Source of the DNA: Myxococcota bacterium
GTDB taxonomy: Bacteria > Myxococcota_A > UBA796 > CAJQPC01
Assembly (NCBI GenBank): GCA_036012755.1
Contig: DASCPX010000009.1
Coordinates: 128,001 to 192,000 of the forward strand
DNA: 64,000 nt
Reading direction: 5' to 3'
Positions 48,301-60,029 of this stretch are shown here, piece after piece. The notes below the pieces were generated by a model, which saw only the letters and a list, made by a program, of their open reading frames with translations, had not been told where the DNA came from and made no database searches. Positions within the stretch are counted from its first letter, which is position 1. Each line of letters opens with the position of its first letter. Made by a program: the position numbers and the translations under genes.

Positions 48301-50683
48301 CCGACCCCGGGAAGACCTTCGCGGCGAGGCTGTCCTTCGGGTCCGCCCCGTGGATGTCGTCCTGCGCTGTGACGGCACCCGATGCCGTGAGCTCGAGCCC
48401 GTTGCCGGAGTAGTGCGAGGAGAGGTCGTCACCCTTCGACGCGTCCTCGAAGTCGAAGGTCTCCACGGTCGTGGTGCCGAGCGTCTGGGTCGTGTCCCAC
48501 TGCCAGAGGTCCTCGTCCAGCCGGACGGTGTAGGCGCCGTCGACCCAGCCATCGCAGTCGTTGTCGTCGGCGTAGCCGCCGGTGTCGAGCCCGGTGTCCT
48601 CGTCGTTGGAGGGGAAGCTGTTGCTGTCGCCGTCGTCACAGTCGGGCCCCTCCGCTGCCCTCCCGACGATGCCGTCGTTGTCCTCGTCCAGCCAGCTCGG
48701 CGCGTAGGACCAGATGTGCACGATGCCGTTGAGGGTGCCGTCGCCGACGCTGGAGTCCTTCGCGGCGACGACCGCCTCGCCGAGACCGTCTCCGTCGTGA
48801 TCGTCGAGGAGCAGCACGGCGGTCCCGGCTCCTCCGCCGCTGTAGCTCCCGCTCAGAGAGTGGTCGGCGTCGCTCATGGTCGCCGAGCCGCTCGTCGGGA
48901 TCCCGCGGAAGATGAAGGCGCCGCCAGCGCTGGCGGTGCCGCCGTCGCCGCCGACGATCAGGTCGTCCACCCCGTCGGCGTCGATGTCACCGGCGTCGAG
49001 CGCCGCGCCGAAGCGCTGATACGAGGTGTCCCCCGAGATGACCACGTCCGCGTCGCTCGCCGTGTAGCTGCCGGACCACGCCGAGCCGTCCTCGAAGAGG
49101 CAGACCGCCCCAGCGTCCGTGGCGCCGAAGTCCTCTTTCGGGACCCCGAAGAGCAGCTCGCCGTAGCCGTCGCCGTCGAGGTCTGCGACCAGCACAGAGG
49201 TCCCGAGCGCGTCCGAGCTGCCCTCCCCGTCGAAGGTGGCCTCGGCGTTGCTGGCGACGTCGTTGGTCCCGGACCAGCTGCCGCCGAGCACGAGGTAGCC
49301 CCGCCCGCCTCCGGTGTAGGCCGCGTCGCTGGCGCGCACACCCAGAACGACATCGGCAAGCCCGTCACCGTCGGCGTCGCCGCCGGAGAGCGCCTCGCCG
49401 AGCTCGTCGTAGGGGCTCTCGCCAGAGAAACCCTCGCTCAGGCTGGAGGTGCCCGACAACGGCCCGCCCCACGAGATGTAGGCCATGCCAGCGTTGGAGT
49501 AGGCGGTGTCGTCGCCGGGAGCACCGACGAGGAGCTCCTCGTAGCCGTCCCCGTCGATGTCCCCCGCAGCGGCGATGACCGTACCCGCCTTCGACTTCGT
49601 CGACGAGGACGAACCCAGGAGGGTCGCGTCGGCGTCGCTGGATGCGCTCAGGTCACCGGACCAGGCTGCGTTCGCGAAGAGGTGGACCGCCCCGGCGTCG
49701 GTGGCCGCGTCGTCGTTGCGTGGCTCGCCGACCGCGAGATCCAGGAGCCCGTCACCGTCGAGGTCTGCGACGGCGATGGCGCTCCCGAACTCATCCGCCG
49801 AGGAGCCCGAGATGGTCGCAGCCGCGCTGTCGGTGTCCCCGAGGCCAGGTGAAGCGCCCCCGTAGAAGAGGAAGACCCGGTCGTCCTCTGTGGAGCCGAC
49901 GAAGACGTCGTCATAGCCGTCGGCGTTGACGTCACCACCGCCGAGCGAGGCCCCCAGGTACATGTAGTCGTCGGCGCCGTACCAGTAGCTGTCCGCCAAG
50001 TAGAGCTCGGCCTCTTCTGCCCCGGCTCGCCAGGCCGGCTTGCCGAACCAGGCGCTGACGCCGTCGGAGAGACCGCCCGTGCAGGACCAGTCCAGGCCGC
50101 TCGACGAAGAGCCCTGGACGCCGACGACGGCCCCGACGCCGCCGTCGTAGCTGGCGTCGCCGAAGTCGACGTCCTCGTGCACGATGACGACCTCCTTGCG
50201 CCCCTCCTGGAACCACACCTGGACCTGGCCGCTGCCGGCGGCGGAGCCCGGCTGGATGCCCTGCCAGTCGACGACGACCATGCGGTATGGGTACTGGCCG
50301 AGCTCCGCGACCCGCACGCTGTCCACGGCGAGCTCGTCCCAGTAGGCCGCGATCCCGGACCAGGATCCGGAGGGCGGGCAGCTGGCGCTCGCATAGGCCT
50401 GGTCACCGGACCAGAACGCGGTCCCGTTGTCGCCGATGTAGAGCTGGTCTTCGGTGGAGCCGTACCAGCTGACCTCGAAAGGCAGCTCGTAGAGCCCCGT
50501 GTCCTCGTCCCCCAAGCCGAGCTCGATGCCCTCGTCGTCGATGTCGAGCGCCACGTGCGGCGGGCCATAGGTCTCTTCGCTGGTGAGGTACTCGATGCCG
50601 CCGGTGTCAGGGCCCCCCGTGGCCGCCCACACCACAGGCAGTGTGCTCAGCAGGAGTACGAGGACAGCGGCAGGGCGGCGCAC
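45368..50683 (-). CDS. giant acidic surface protein: FG-GAP repeats, many DCDD/MopE-like repeats, MYXO-CTERM-like tail
   Basis: Signal peptide from GTG 50683 (ORF track start 50713); DCDD...E.WYDG.D.DC repeats; GCGC-TM-RRRR C-terminus. Confidence 0.92.
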   Translation of the reverse strand: MRRPAAVLVLLLSTLPVVWAATGGPDTGGIEYLTSEETYGPPHVALDIDDEGIELGLGDEDTGLYELPFEVSWYGSTEDQLYIGDNGTAFWSGDQAYASASCPPSGSWSGIAAYWDELAVDSVRVAELGQYPYRMVVVDWQGIQPGSAAGSGQVQVWFQEGRKEVVIVHEDVDFGDASYDGGVGAVVGVQGSSSSGLDWSCTGGLSDGVSAWFGKPAWRAGAEEAELYLADSYWYGADDYMYLGASLGGGDVNADGYDDVFVGSTEDDRVFLFYGGASPGLGDTDSAAATISGSSADEFGSAIAVADLDGDGLLDLAVGEPRNDDAATDAGAVHLFANAAWSGDLSASSDADATLLGSSSSTKSKAGTVIAAAGDIDGDGYEELLVGAPGDDTAYSNAGMAYISWGGPLSGTSSLSEGFSGESPYDELGEALSGGDADGDGLADVVLGVRASDAAYTGGGRGYLVLGGSWSGTNDVASNAEATFDGEGSSDALGTSVLVADLDGDGYGELLFGVPKEDFGATDAGAVCLFEDGSAWSGSYTASDADVVISGDTSYQRFGAALDAGDIDADGVDDLIVGGDGGTASAGGAFIFRGIPTSGSATMSDADHSLSGSYSGGGAGTAVLLLDDHDGDGLGEAVVAAKDSSVGDGTLNGIVHIWSYAPSWLDEDNDGIVGRAAEGPDCDDGDSNSFPSNDEDTGLDTGGYADDNDCDGWVDGAYTVRLDEDLWQWDTTQTLGTTTVETFDFEDASKGDDLSSHYSGNGLELTASGAVTAQDDIHGADPKDSLAAKVFPGSADNAILLTFDEDVDALAFQLLDAEGTIRLNAYLSDTSDLLDSGGDLRVDHDGADLAGGRFVGVTFGESVTYVRVEAELSDGFGLDDIQVVWATQSDRDGDGYTGADGDCDDSDADVNPGATEDITNGKDDDCDGVVDAGSASTETDYSTWESAAGITVEQIDFEDLTVGDTVADDYSDLGVTFDDDLEVVTDIDGAGVNDAQAAEAVSRVVTLTFEETQPAVGFWIFDANGSFTFEGNIGSTTAYSDTISLSLEGTDSFRGFLYDYGIEELVITGPPSDDWGLDDVVFSELGLDDGDGDGYTEADGDCDDSDASANPGATETWYDGTDNDCDGGSDYDADGDGYDIGEDCDDSESETNPDAEETWYDGTDSDCDGGSDYDADGDGYDSELYGGEDCDDSEAETSPDVEETWYDGVDSNCDGADDYDADADGYSTEESGGSGSGGSTDCDDGDADTYPGAEETWYDGVDSDCDGESDSDADGDGYDAEAEGGEDCNDSDSGVNPDAEDTWYDGVDSDCDDASDYDADTDGFDSDDYGGDDCDDSDASINPDATESDDDDGIDEDCDGVDEWDDDLDGYRGVENGGTDCDDEDDSVNPGEEEICYDGTDQDCDGTDDEYDCDADGYDSDSYSGDDCDDDDASIHPGATEYVYDDVDQDCDGADDFDADGDGYQVDFYGGDDCDDDDARVNPGATDIWYDGVDSDCAGDSDYDADIDGFDSSDYGGADCDDDDASICPSCTEAPYDGIDQDCDGADARDVDGDGYADEAEGGDDCDDSDPSVSPAADETWYDGFDEDCADDSDYDADHDGQDWEAYGGADCDDEDPEVYFDAPEVWYDGIDQDCLGGDDYDQDNDGFSSSTWSGDDCDDLDSEVNPGVTEDLCDDIDADCDGELDEDEICEDTGDTGDSSPPEDTEAPEDSSVEEDTGRSYVGFPESYVGWTTDEGCGCTGTRGRLGAWAIVALLLAVRRRRGLGESVSQ

Positions 50684-50789
50684 CCCGTGAGAGTAGCCGG
50701 CGTGGGCGTGCATCGGTTCTCGCGGAGATGTGCAAGAGCTGTGGGCGAGGTGTCAACAAAGGTCTCGATCCGATCTTTCTGGGATCGGA

Positions 50790-50967
50790 AGTGAAATGAA
50801 CCGGTGTCTGGATCGTCCTGTGCACAGACGCGGCCGACCAGATGGTGCGGCTCCCTCGCTCATACATTCGATTCAGGGAACCTCGGGCAACGAGCATTGT
50901 GAGCCCCATCAAGGAAAGCCGACGCGCCCCGCCTCCGTGAATGGGAGGCGGGGCGCTCTCTTTTTCC
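50790..50967 (+). ncRNA. putative structured small RNA (unassigned)
   Basis: Intergenic, several stems, ends in a + strand intrinsic terminator with no + strand CDS upstream; 5' end uncertain. Confidence 0.35.
50924..50967 (+). terminator. intrinsic terminator (possibly bidirectional)
   Basis: 13-bp stem GCGCCCCGCCTCC/GGAGGCGGGGCGC followed by TCTCTTTTT. Confidence 0.85.
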
Positions 50968-50973
50968 GACGGC

Positions 50974-51921
50974 TCAGACCTCGACGAAGAGCCCGCCGAC
51001 CAGGCGCCCGGCGACGTTCTCGACCCGACACCATGGCCAGTCCGGTGGACGCTCCCAGGCCCCGGGCGCGAGGTGGTCGAGCGCTGCCTCGACGGCGGCA
51101 CCCAGGACCTTCGACTGCCCGGTGTGGACCTTGACGACGAGGCCGAGGCGACGGTCGGGGAAGGCCATGCAGAACAGCGCCTGGGCCCCGATCTTCACCA
51201 CCATGCCCTCTCTTCGACCGGCCATGAGCTCCTCGTCGAGGCGCCCGGTGCCGCTGGTCAGGTGGGGGTGGTTCATCATCGCCCGGGCGATCCGCGCGAG
51301 CCGCTCGTCGCCACTGGTGAAGGACTCGGCCACCGCGGCCCAGGCCCGAGCCATGGCCGAGATCGGCAGGACCCAGGTCGGAACCCCGCAGCCGTCGACC
51401 CCGTGCTCCGGCCTGGCGCCCGCCCACGCCGCGATCCGGCTCTCGATCCGCTCCTGGAGGGGGTGACCGGGATCACGGTAGTCCCCCGGGAGCGCTTGGA
51501 GGTGACAAGCGGCCAGCATGAAGGCGTGCTTGCCCGAGCAGTTGTTGTGGATCGGGGCGACTTCGCCCCCGGAGCGGTAGAGCGCCGCCGCGGCGCCGTC
51601 GTTGATGGGCGGGTGAGCGCCGCAAGAGAGCTCCGACTCCTTGACTCCGAAGCGGCGGAGCACAGACCGGACGAGCGCCACGTGCTCCGGTTGCCCCGCG
51701 TGGGACGCAGCGCCCACCGCCAGCTGCCTGTCGCTGAGATCGTCGGGGTCACCGAGCGCCTCCAGGCTGCACCACAGCTGGAAGGGCTTCGCCGCCGACC
51801 GCCATGTCGTCGTCCAGTCCTCTCCCATACTCCCGACGATCTCGCCGTCACGGACCGTGACCGCGCTGAAGGGATGGACGGCCTCGAGGTGGCCCCCGCG
51901 GAGTTGGACGACGCTCGGCAT
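50974..51921 (-). CDS. L-asparaginase II (Rhizobium AnsA-type)
   Basis: RSAAKPFQ, NCSGKHA, DGCGVP motifs. Confidence 0.92.
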   Translation of the reverse strand: MPSVVQLRGGHLEAVHPFSAVTVRDGEIVGSMGEDWTTTWRSAAKPFQLWCSLEALGDPDDLSDRQLAVGAASHAGQPEHVALVRSVLRRFGVKESELSCGAHPPINDGAAAALYRSGGEVAPIHNNCSGKHAFMLAACHLQALPGDYRDPGHPLQERIESRIAAWAGARPEHGVDGCGVPTWVLPISAMARAWAAVAESFTSGDERLARIARAMMNHPHLTSGTGRLDEELMAGRREGMVVKIGAQALFCMAFPDRRLGLVVKVHTGQSKVLGAAVEAALDHLAPGAWERPPDWPWCRVENVAGRLVGGLFVEV

Positions 51922-51990
51922 GCCAGAAGCCTCGCCGACTGGGCTGCCGCGGGCAAGCGGCCTGATTAGAGGGACCCGTCCGGAGGTCCA

Positions 51991-52545
51991 GTGCAGCCCC
52001 TCGCGATCGATACGCTCCCGACGCCGAACCCCCACGCCCTGATGTTCAAGGTCGCCGTGCCACTCGTGGCGCGTGGCACCTACGAATACCGGAACGCGGC
52101 GGCCGCCGAGACCGCTCCCCTCGCCCGTCGGCTCTTCACCCTCGACGGGGTGGACCAGATCCTGGTGACCAGCCGCTTCGTCACGGTCAACAAGCACGGC
52201 GCCTTCGACTGGCCGAGCCTGGTGCCCGACATCAAGGGGCTCATCCGGGAGCACGTCGACAGCGGTGATCCCGCCGTGGCAGCGGGCCACGCCGTCGAGG
52301 CCCTCGACACCGACTCCGAGCTCGCGCGCCAGGTCGCCGAGCTGATCGAGGAGGAGATCCGCCCCTCCCTCGCGAGGGACGGCGGCGACGTCCAGTTCGT
52401 CGGCCTCACGGAGGACAACGTCGTGCAGGTGCGGCTGATCGGAGCCTGCGCCAGCTGCCCTTCCTCCACCGCGACGCTCTCGCTGGGAATCGAGGCCTTC
52501 ATCGTCGAGGAGTTCCCAGACGTCGCTGGCGTCATCCAGGTGTGA
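51991..52545 (+). CDS. NifU/Nfu-type Fe-S carrier
   Basis: TPNP N-domain, IRPSL.RDGGD, GACASCPSS. Confidence 0.93.
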   Translation: MQPLAIDTLPTPNPHALMFKVAVPLVARGTYEYRNAAAAETAPLARRLFTLDGVDQILVTSRFVTVNKHGAFDWPSLVPDIKGLIREHVDSGDPAVAAGHAVEALDTDSELARQVAELIEEEIRPSLARDGGDVQFVGLTEDNVVQVRLIGACASCPSSTATLSLGIEAFIVEEFPDVAGVIQV

Positions 52546-52579
52546 TTCAAACCCCGGCTACGACGGATACCCTCACCGC

Positions 52580-55534
52580 ATGTTCCTGCTCGCCCTCGCC
52601 TGCCTGAAGCCAAAGCCCATCCTCCAGGAGAGCGGCACAGAGGAAGAGACCGTCATCGACGATGACGAAGACGGCTTCCCTGCCGAAGACGACTGCGACG
52701 ACCTCGACGCCGCGGTGAACCCGGACGCGGAAGAGGTCTGCAACGGCATCGACGACAACTGCGACGAGGTCGTCGACACCGACGCCACCGATCAGGGCAC
52801 CTGGTACGTCGACGGCGACAGCGACGGCCACGGCGACCCCGATCTGGAACTCCAGGCCTGCGATCAGCCCAGCGGCTACGTCGCCGCCAACGACGACTGC
52901 GACGACACCGAGCCCACGGTGCACGCCGGCGCCACCGAGCTCTGCGACCACCTCGACAACGACTGCGACGGCGAGACCGACGAAGACGGGCTGACCTGGT
53001 GGTTCCTCGACGCCGACAGCGACGGCTACGGTGACATCGAGGACCCCGGCGAGGAGACCTGCGGCATGCCCGAGGGCAAGGTCGCCGACAACACGGACTG
53101 TGACGACGAGCGCTTCGAGACGAACCCGGGCGCTTTCGAATACTGCAACGACATCGACGACGACTGCGACGGCGTCATCGACCCGGACAGCTCCGTCGAC
53201 GCGACCACCTGGTACGTCGACGCCGACAGCGACGGCTACGGCTCGACCGCCTTCCCGAGCGCGACCCAGTGCGAGCAGCCCGACGGCTACGTCACGGACA
53301 ACACCGACTGCGACGACCTGGATGAGCAGGTCTTCCCCGGGGCCGACGAGTATTGCAACACCTACGACGACGACTGCGACGGCATCACGGACGAGGACAG
53401 CGCCGTCGACGCGACGACCTGGTACGAGGACGCGGACGTGGACGGCTACGGCAACGCCTCCAGCCGAGATGTCCAGTGCACCCAGCCCACCGGCTACGTC
53501 TCGAACTCGATGGACTGCGACGACACCAACGCCGCCGTGAGTCCCGACGCTCCGGAGCTCTGCTCGACCTCCGACGACGACGACTGCGACGGAGACGTCA
53601 ACGAGGACGACGCGGCGGACACGACGACCTGGTACGACGACGATGACTCGGACGGCTACGGGGACTCCGGGGACAGCCAGACAGCCTGCGACCGGCCCTC
53701 CGGCCACGTCACGACCTCTGGGGACTGCGACGACACGGACTCGGACACCAACCCCGGCGCCGACGAGTACTGCGACGGGCACGACGACGACTGTGACGGC
53801 GACGTCGACGAGGACGACGCGGTGGACGCCACGACCTGGTACGGCGACGACGACTCCGACGGCTTTGGCGAGGACGCAGACTCCACGACCGCCTGCGACC
53901 AGCCCAGCGGCTACGAGCCCAAGGGCGGGGACTGCGACGACAGCGACGACGACATCTACCCAGGCGCCGACGAGTACTGCAACACCGAGGACGACGACTG
54001 CGACGGCGACGTCGACGAGGACGACGCCCTGGACGTCTCGACCTTCTACGCCGACACCGACGGCGACGGCTACGGTGACGCCAGCTCGACCAACGACCAG
54101 TGCTACGCGGACTCCTCCTACGTCTCCGACGACACGGACTGTGACGACAGCGACTACGACGTGAACCCGGGCGCGACAGAGGTCTGCGGCAACGGCATCG
54201 ACGACGACTGCGACGAGGAGATCGGCAGCGACTGCGGGCCCTACGGCACGGTGTCGCTGAACGACGCGGAGGCCAAGATCACGGGGGAGAGCAGCTACGA
54301 CTACCTCGGGCGGTCGGTCGCCGGAGGGGACCTCGACGGGGACGGGTACGCGGACCTGGTCGCGACCTCGATGTACCTGGCCTACTACGGCGCAGAGAAC
54401 TACGTCTTCCTAGGCCCGATCTCCGGGGAGATCGACGCGGGTGACGCCGACATCATCATCGAAGGCGACAGCGGAGTCGGCCAGGACGCGGTGATCGTCG
54501 GAGACCTCGACGGCGACGGCGTGGACGACCTGGTCCTGTCGGGCCCCAACTACCCCTACCTGGGCGCCACCAGCAACGCCCAGCGGGGCGGGATCTTCTT
54601 CTTCTTCGGGCCGACCACCGGCGAGTGGGACCAGGACGACGCTGACGCCGTGGTGCTGGGTGACGAGAGCTACGACGGCTTCGGCTACCGGGTGGCCGAG
54701 GCCGGGGACGCCGACGGCGACGGCTACGACGACCTCTGGACCTCGAGCATCACCTACAAGAACGACTACGGCTCGGCGATCCTCCTGCAAGGTCCCTTCT
54801 CCGGGAGCTCCTCGGGCGCCTCGATCTACGTCTACGACAGCTCCAACTACACCTACGCCGGCACGGATCTCGACGGCTCTGGAGACACCAACGGCGACGG
54901 GGCGAACGACCTGGTGGTCGGGGCGCCGTCCTCTGACGAGGCGTGGGTCGTGCTGGGACCCGTCACGACCTCGACCGAGGTGGGCGATGTCGACGCGGTG
55001 CTCACGGGATCGAGCGGCGGCTACGCCGGCACCTCGAGCGTCTTCCTTCCCGACGCCAACGGAGACGGCTACGACGAGGTCGTCATCGGCGCGCCCTACG
55101 AGGACAGCTACCGGGGCAACGTCTACATCGTCAACGGCCCCGTCAGCGCGGACGCGACGCTGTCATCGGACGCGGACGCGACCCTCAACGGCCCCAGCAG
55201 CGGCTACGGCGGCTACACCCTGACGGCCTGCGATATCGACGGAGACGGCAACGGAGACGTCGTCGCCGGAGCGCCGGCCACCGGCTCCTACAAGGGCAAG
55301 ATCTACCTCTTCCTCGGACCGGTCACCGGCACGATGAACATGGCCGCGAACGCGGACGGCATCCTCACCGGCGAGGCCGCTGGCGACTACGCCAGCTACT
55401 ACGAAGGCCTGGCCTGCGGCGGGGATCATGACGCGGACGGCTACGAAGACATCGTTGTCGGCGCCCCGTACGAAGACACAGGGGGAACCAACGCCGGCGC
55501 GGCCTACGTCGTCCTTGGAGGAGGAGGCCTGTAG
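52580..55534 (+). CDS. lipoprotein with DCDD/MopE-like repeat array and FG-GAP propeller (984 aa)
   Basis: MFLLALAC; repeats WY.D.D.DGYG...DCDD; GAPYED, GAAYVV. Confidence 0.92.
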   Translation: MFLLALACLKPKPILQESGTEEETVIDDDEDGFPAEDDCDDLDAAVNPDAEEVCNGIDDNCDEVVDTDATDQGTWYVDGDSDGHGDPDLELQACDQPSGYVAANDDCDDTEPTVHAGATELCDHLDNDCDGETDEDGLTWWFLDADSDGYGDIEDPGEETCGMPEGKVADNTDCDDERFETNPGAFEYCNDIDDDCDGVIDPDSSVDATTWYVDADSDGYGSTAFPSATQCEQPDGYVTDNTDCDDLDEQVFPGADEYCNTYDDDCDGITDEDSAVDATTWYEDADVDGYGNASSRDVQCTQPTGYVSNSMDCDDTNAAVSPDAPELCSTSDDDDCDGDVNEDDAADTTTWYDDDDSDGYGDSGDSQTACDRPSGHVTTSGDCDDTDSDTNPGADEYCDGHDDDCDGDVDEDDAVDATTWYGDDDSDGFGEDADSTTACDQPSGYEPKGGDCDDSDDDIYPGADEYCNTEDDDCDGDVDEDDALDVSTFYADTDGDGYGDASSTNDQCYADSSYVSDDTDCDDSDYDVNPGATEVCGNGIDDDCDEEIGSDCGPYGTVSLNDAEAKITGESSYDYLGRSVAGGDLDGDGYADLVATSMYLAYYGAENYVFLGPISGEIDAGDADIIIEGDSGVGQDAVIVGDLDGDGVDDLVLSGPNYPYLGATSNAQRGGIFFFFGPTTGEWDQDDADAVVLGDESYDGFGYRVAEAGDADGDGYDDLWTSSITYKNDYGSAILLQGPFSGSSSGASIYVYDSSNYTYAGTDLDGSGDTNGDGANDLVVGAPSSDEAWVVLGPVTTSTEVGDVDAVLTGSSGGYAGTSSVFLPDANGDGYDEVVIGAPYEDSYRGNVYIVNGPVSADATLSSDADATLNGPSSGYGGYTLTACDIDGDGNGDVVAGAPATGSYKGKIYLFLGPVTGTMNMAANADGILTGEAAGDYASYYEGLACGGDHDADGYEDIVVGAPYEDTGGTNAGAAYVVLGGGGL

Positions 55535-55543
55535 ACTGGAGCA

Positions 55544-58494
<2,951 letters not shown>

Positions 58495-58498
<4 letters not shown>

Positions 58499-58533
58499 TC
58501 CCCCTCGGCAGAACTCGCGCCGGAGAGAACTAG
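58495..58533. repeat. dispersed repeat, minimal copy (CTAA...CTAG)
   Basis: CCCCTCGGCAGAA joined directly to CTCGCGCCGGAGAGAACTAG. Confidence 0.85.
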
Positions 58534-59825
58534 ATCAGCGGCAGCTGCCGCCCCCCGCTGCAGGCCCCGAGCAGCTTCCTCGCGCGGTCGCGGTCTTCTG
58601 AGGCGACGTAGACCCGCGCGATGCGGCGCTCGTCCTGGTAGCGCCTGAAGATGCTGGTGGCGTCTCGCAGATCGGCCACGCCGACCGTGGGGTCGAGAGG
58701 ATCGGCGAGCACGTAGATCGGGGGCGCCAAGCGGCGCTTCTGACCGAAGACGGTGTAGCGGGAGAGCTTGCCAACCGAGGAGGCCGTGATGGACGGGATG
58801 CCCTCCTGCTCGAGCAGGGACTCTGCCCAGGTGACGTCGACTTCCTCGCCGTGGAGCTCCAGGCACCGCTTCCACTCGGCGCCGGTGACGATGCCCCTGG
58901 CCCAGGGATCGTGCACGGAGCGCAGGTGGGAGAAGAGCTGGACGTCATCGACGTGCAGGTAGTCGTCCAGCGAAGCCGGGATGCGGTAGGTGCAGTCCGG
59001 GTCCTGGAAGTAGCGCTTCAGCATCTCCTCGCAGATCACCGACCGGTGGTGGAAGTACACCATCGAGAACATGTGGTACCGGGCGATCATGAAGTCGTCG
59101 AAGGCGTAGATGGCCCTTCGGTGCAGGGCCAGGCTGAGCTCGCCCATGCGCTCCAAGGTCCCGAGGTTGTTCAGGATCCAGCCGGTGTCGACGTGACCGT
59201 AGTTCGCGCCGGAGAAGTAGGAGTCCCGCACCAGGTAGTCGAGCCGGTCCACGTCCAGCTCGCTGCTCACGATCTGGGACAGGGCCGTCCTGACGTCCAG
59301 GTCACCATCCAGGAAGAAGTCGTCGTCTACCTCGACGTCACGCGACACCAAGGCCGCGACGTGCCTCGCCGAGAACGGAAAGCGGGCGTCGATGCAGTCC
59401 GCCAGGGAGCTCTGGGTGAGGATGGCGACGGTGTAGTCCTCGTGGGTGGCACGACGATCCTCGACGGCGCCGTAGGCGGACATCCCCAGCGCGGACAGCG
59501 CAGGCATCGCGAACTCGGTGCAGTGCGAGAAGGGGGCGTGACCGACGTCGTGCAGCAACCCGGCGAGGCGCAGGCACTGGCGCCAGGCTTCACGCCGCCC
59601 CGGCGAGGCCGCGACGTCGGCCAGCGCGTTGTCGAAGGCGCGCCCGGCGAGGTGCATGACCCCGACGGAGTGCAGGAAGCGGGAGTGCACCGCGCCCGGA
59701 AAGGCCAGCTCCGTGAAGCCCACCTGCTTGATGTTGCGAAGCCTCTGGAAGAAGGGGTGCGCAACAACCGCCTCCTCCGCCACGGAGACGGCGATGGCGC
59801 CGTGGATGGGATCGCGGACTTCCAT
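58530..59825 (-). CDS. HD-domain phosphohydrolase (SAMHD1/dNTPase-like)
   Basis: RDPIHG, QRLR.IKQ, RFLHS, HDVGH.PFSH, DVDRLDY. Confidence 0.93.
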   Translation of the reverse strand: MEVRDPIHGAIAVSVAEEAVVAHPFFQRLRNIKQVGFTELAFPGAVHSRFLHSVGVMHLAGRAFDNALADVAASPGRREAWRQCLRLAGLLHDVGHAPFSHCTEFAMPALSALGMSAYGAVEDRRATHEDYTVAILTQSSLADCIDARFPFSARHVAALVSRDVEVDDDFFLDGDLDVRTALSQIVSSELDVDRLDYLVRDSYFSGANYGHVDTGWILNNLGTLERMGELSLALHRRAIYAFDDFMIARYHMFSMVYFHHRSVICEEMLKRYFQDPDCTYRIPASLDDYLHVDDVQLFSHLRSVHDPWARGIVTGAEWKRCLELHGEEVDVTWAESLLEQEGIPSITASSVGKLSRYTVFGQKRRLAPPIYVLADPLDPTVGVADLRDATSIFRRYQDERRIARVYVASEDRDRARKLLGACSGGRQLPLI

Positions 59826-59837
59826 GGGCCAGCACTA

Positions 59838-59995
59838 TCGCGCCGATCACGTAGGTTGATTGGATGATCGCGCCGAACTGTGTGCGGCTGGGTAGGCGGC
59901 CCGACGAAAGCGTGTCTGGACACTTCGAGGAGGGCCAACGTCGCCAGGCGTGCGCAGGGCAAGCGAGGGCGGATCAACCGGAGTGATCGGCGCGA
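59838..59995 (+). other. 158-nt imperfect inverted repeat (rod-like hairpin); ncRNA or MITE candidate
   Basis: 13-bp perfect plus 7-bp outer stem and nested inner stems. Confidence 0.6.
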
Positions 59996-60029
59996 AGACC
60001 GAAACGACGAGCACGATAGACTCTGACGG

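Noticed and set aside
50790..50967. Definite 6S RNA, SRP RNA or cobalamin/SAM riboswitch
   Set aside because: Only fragmentary resemblance; hallmark motifs and the full fold could not be found by eye.
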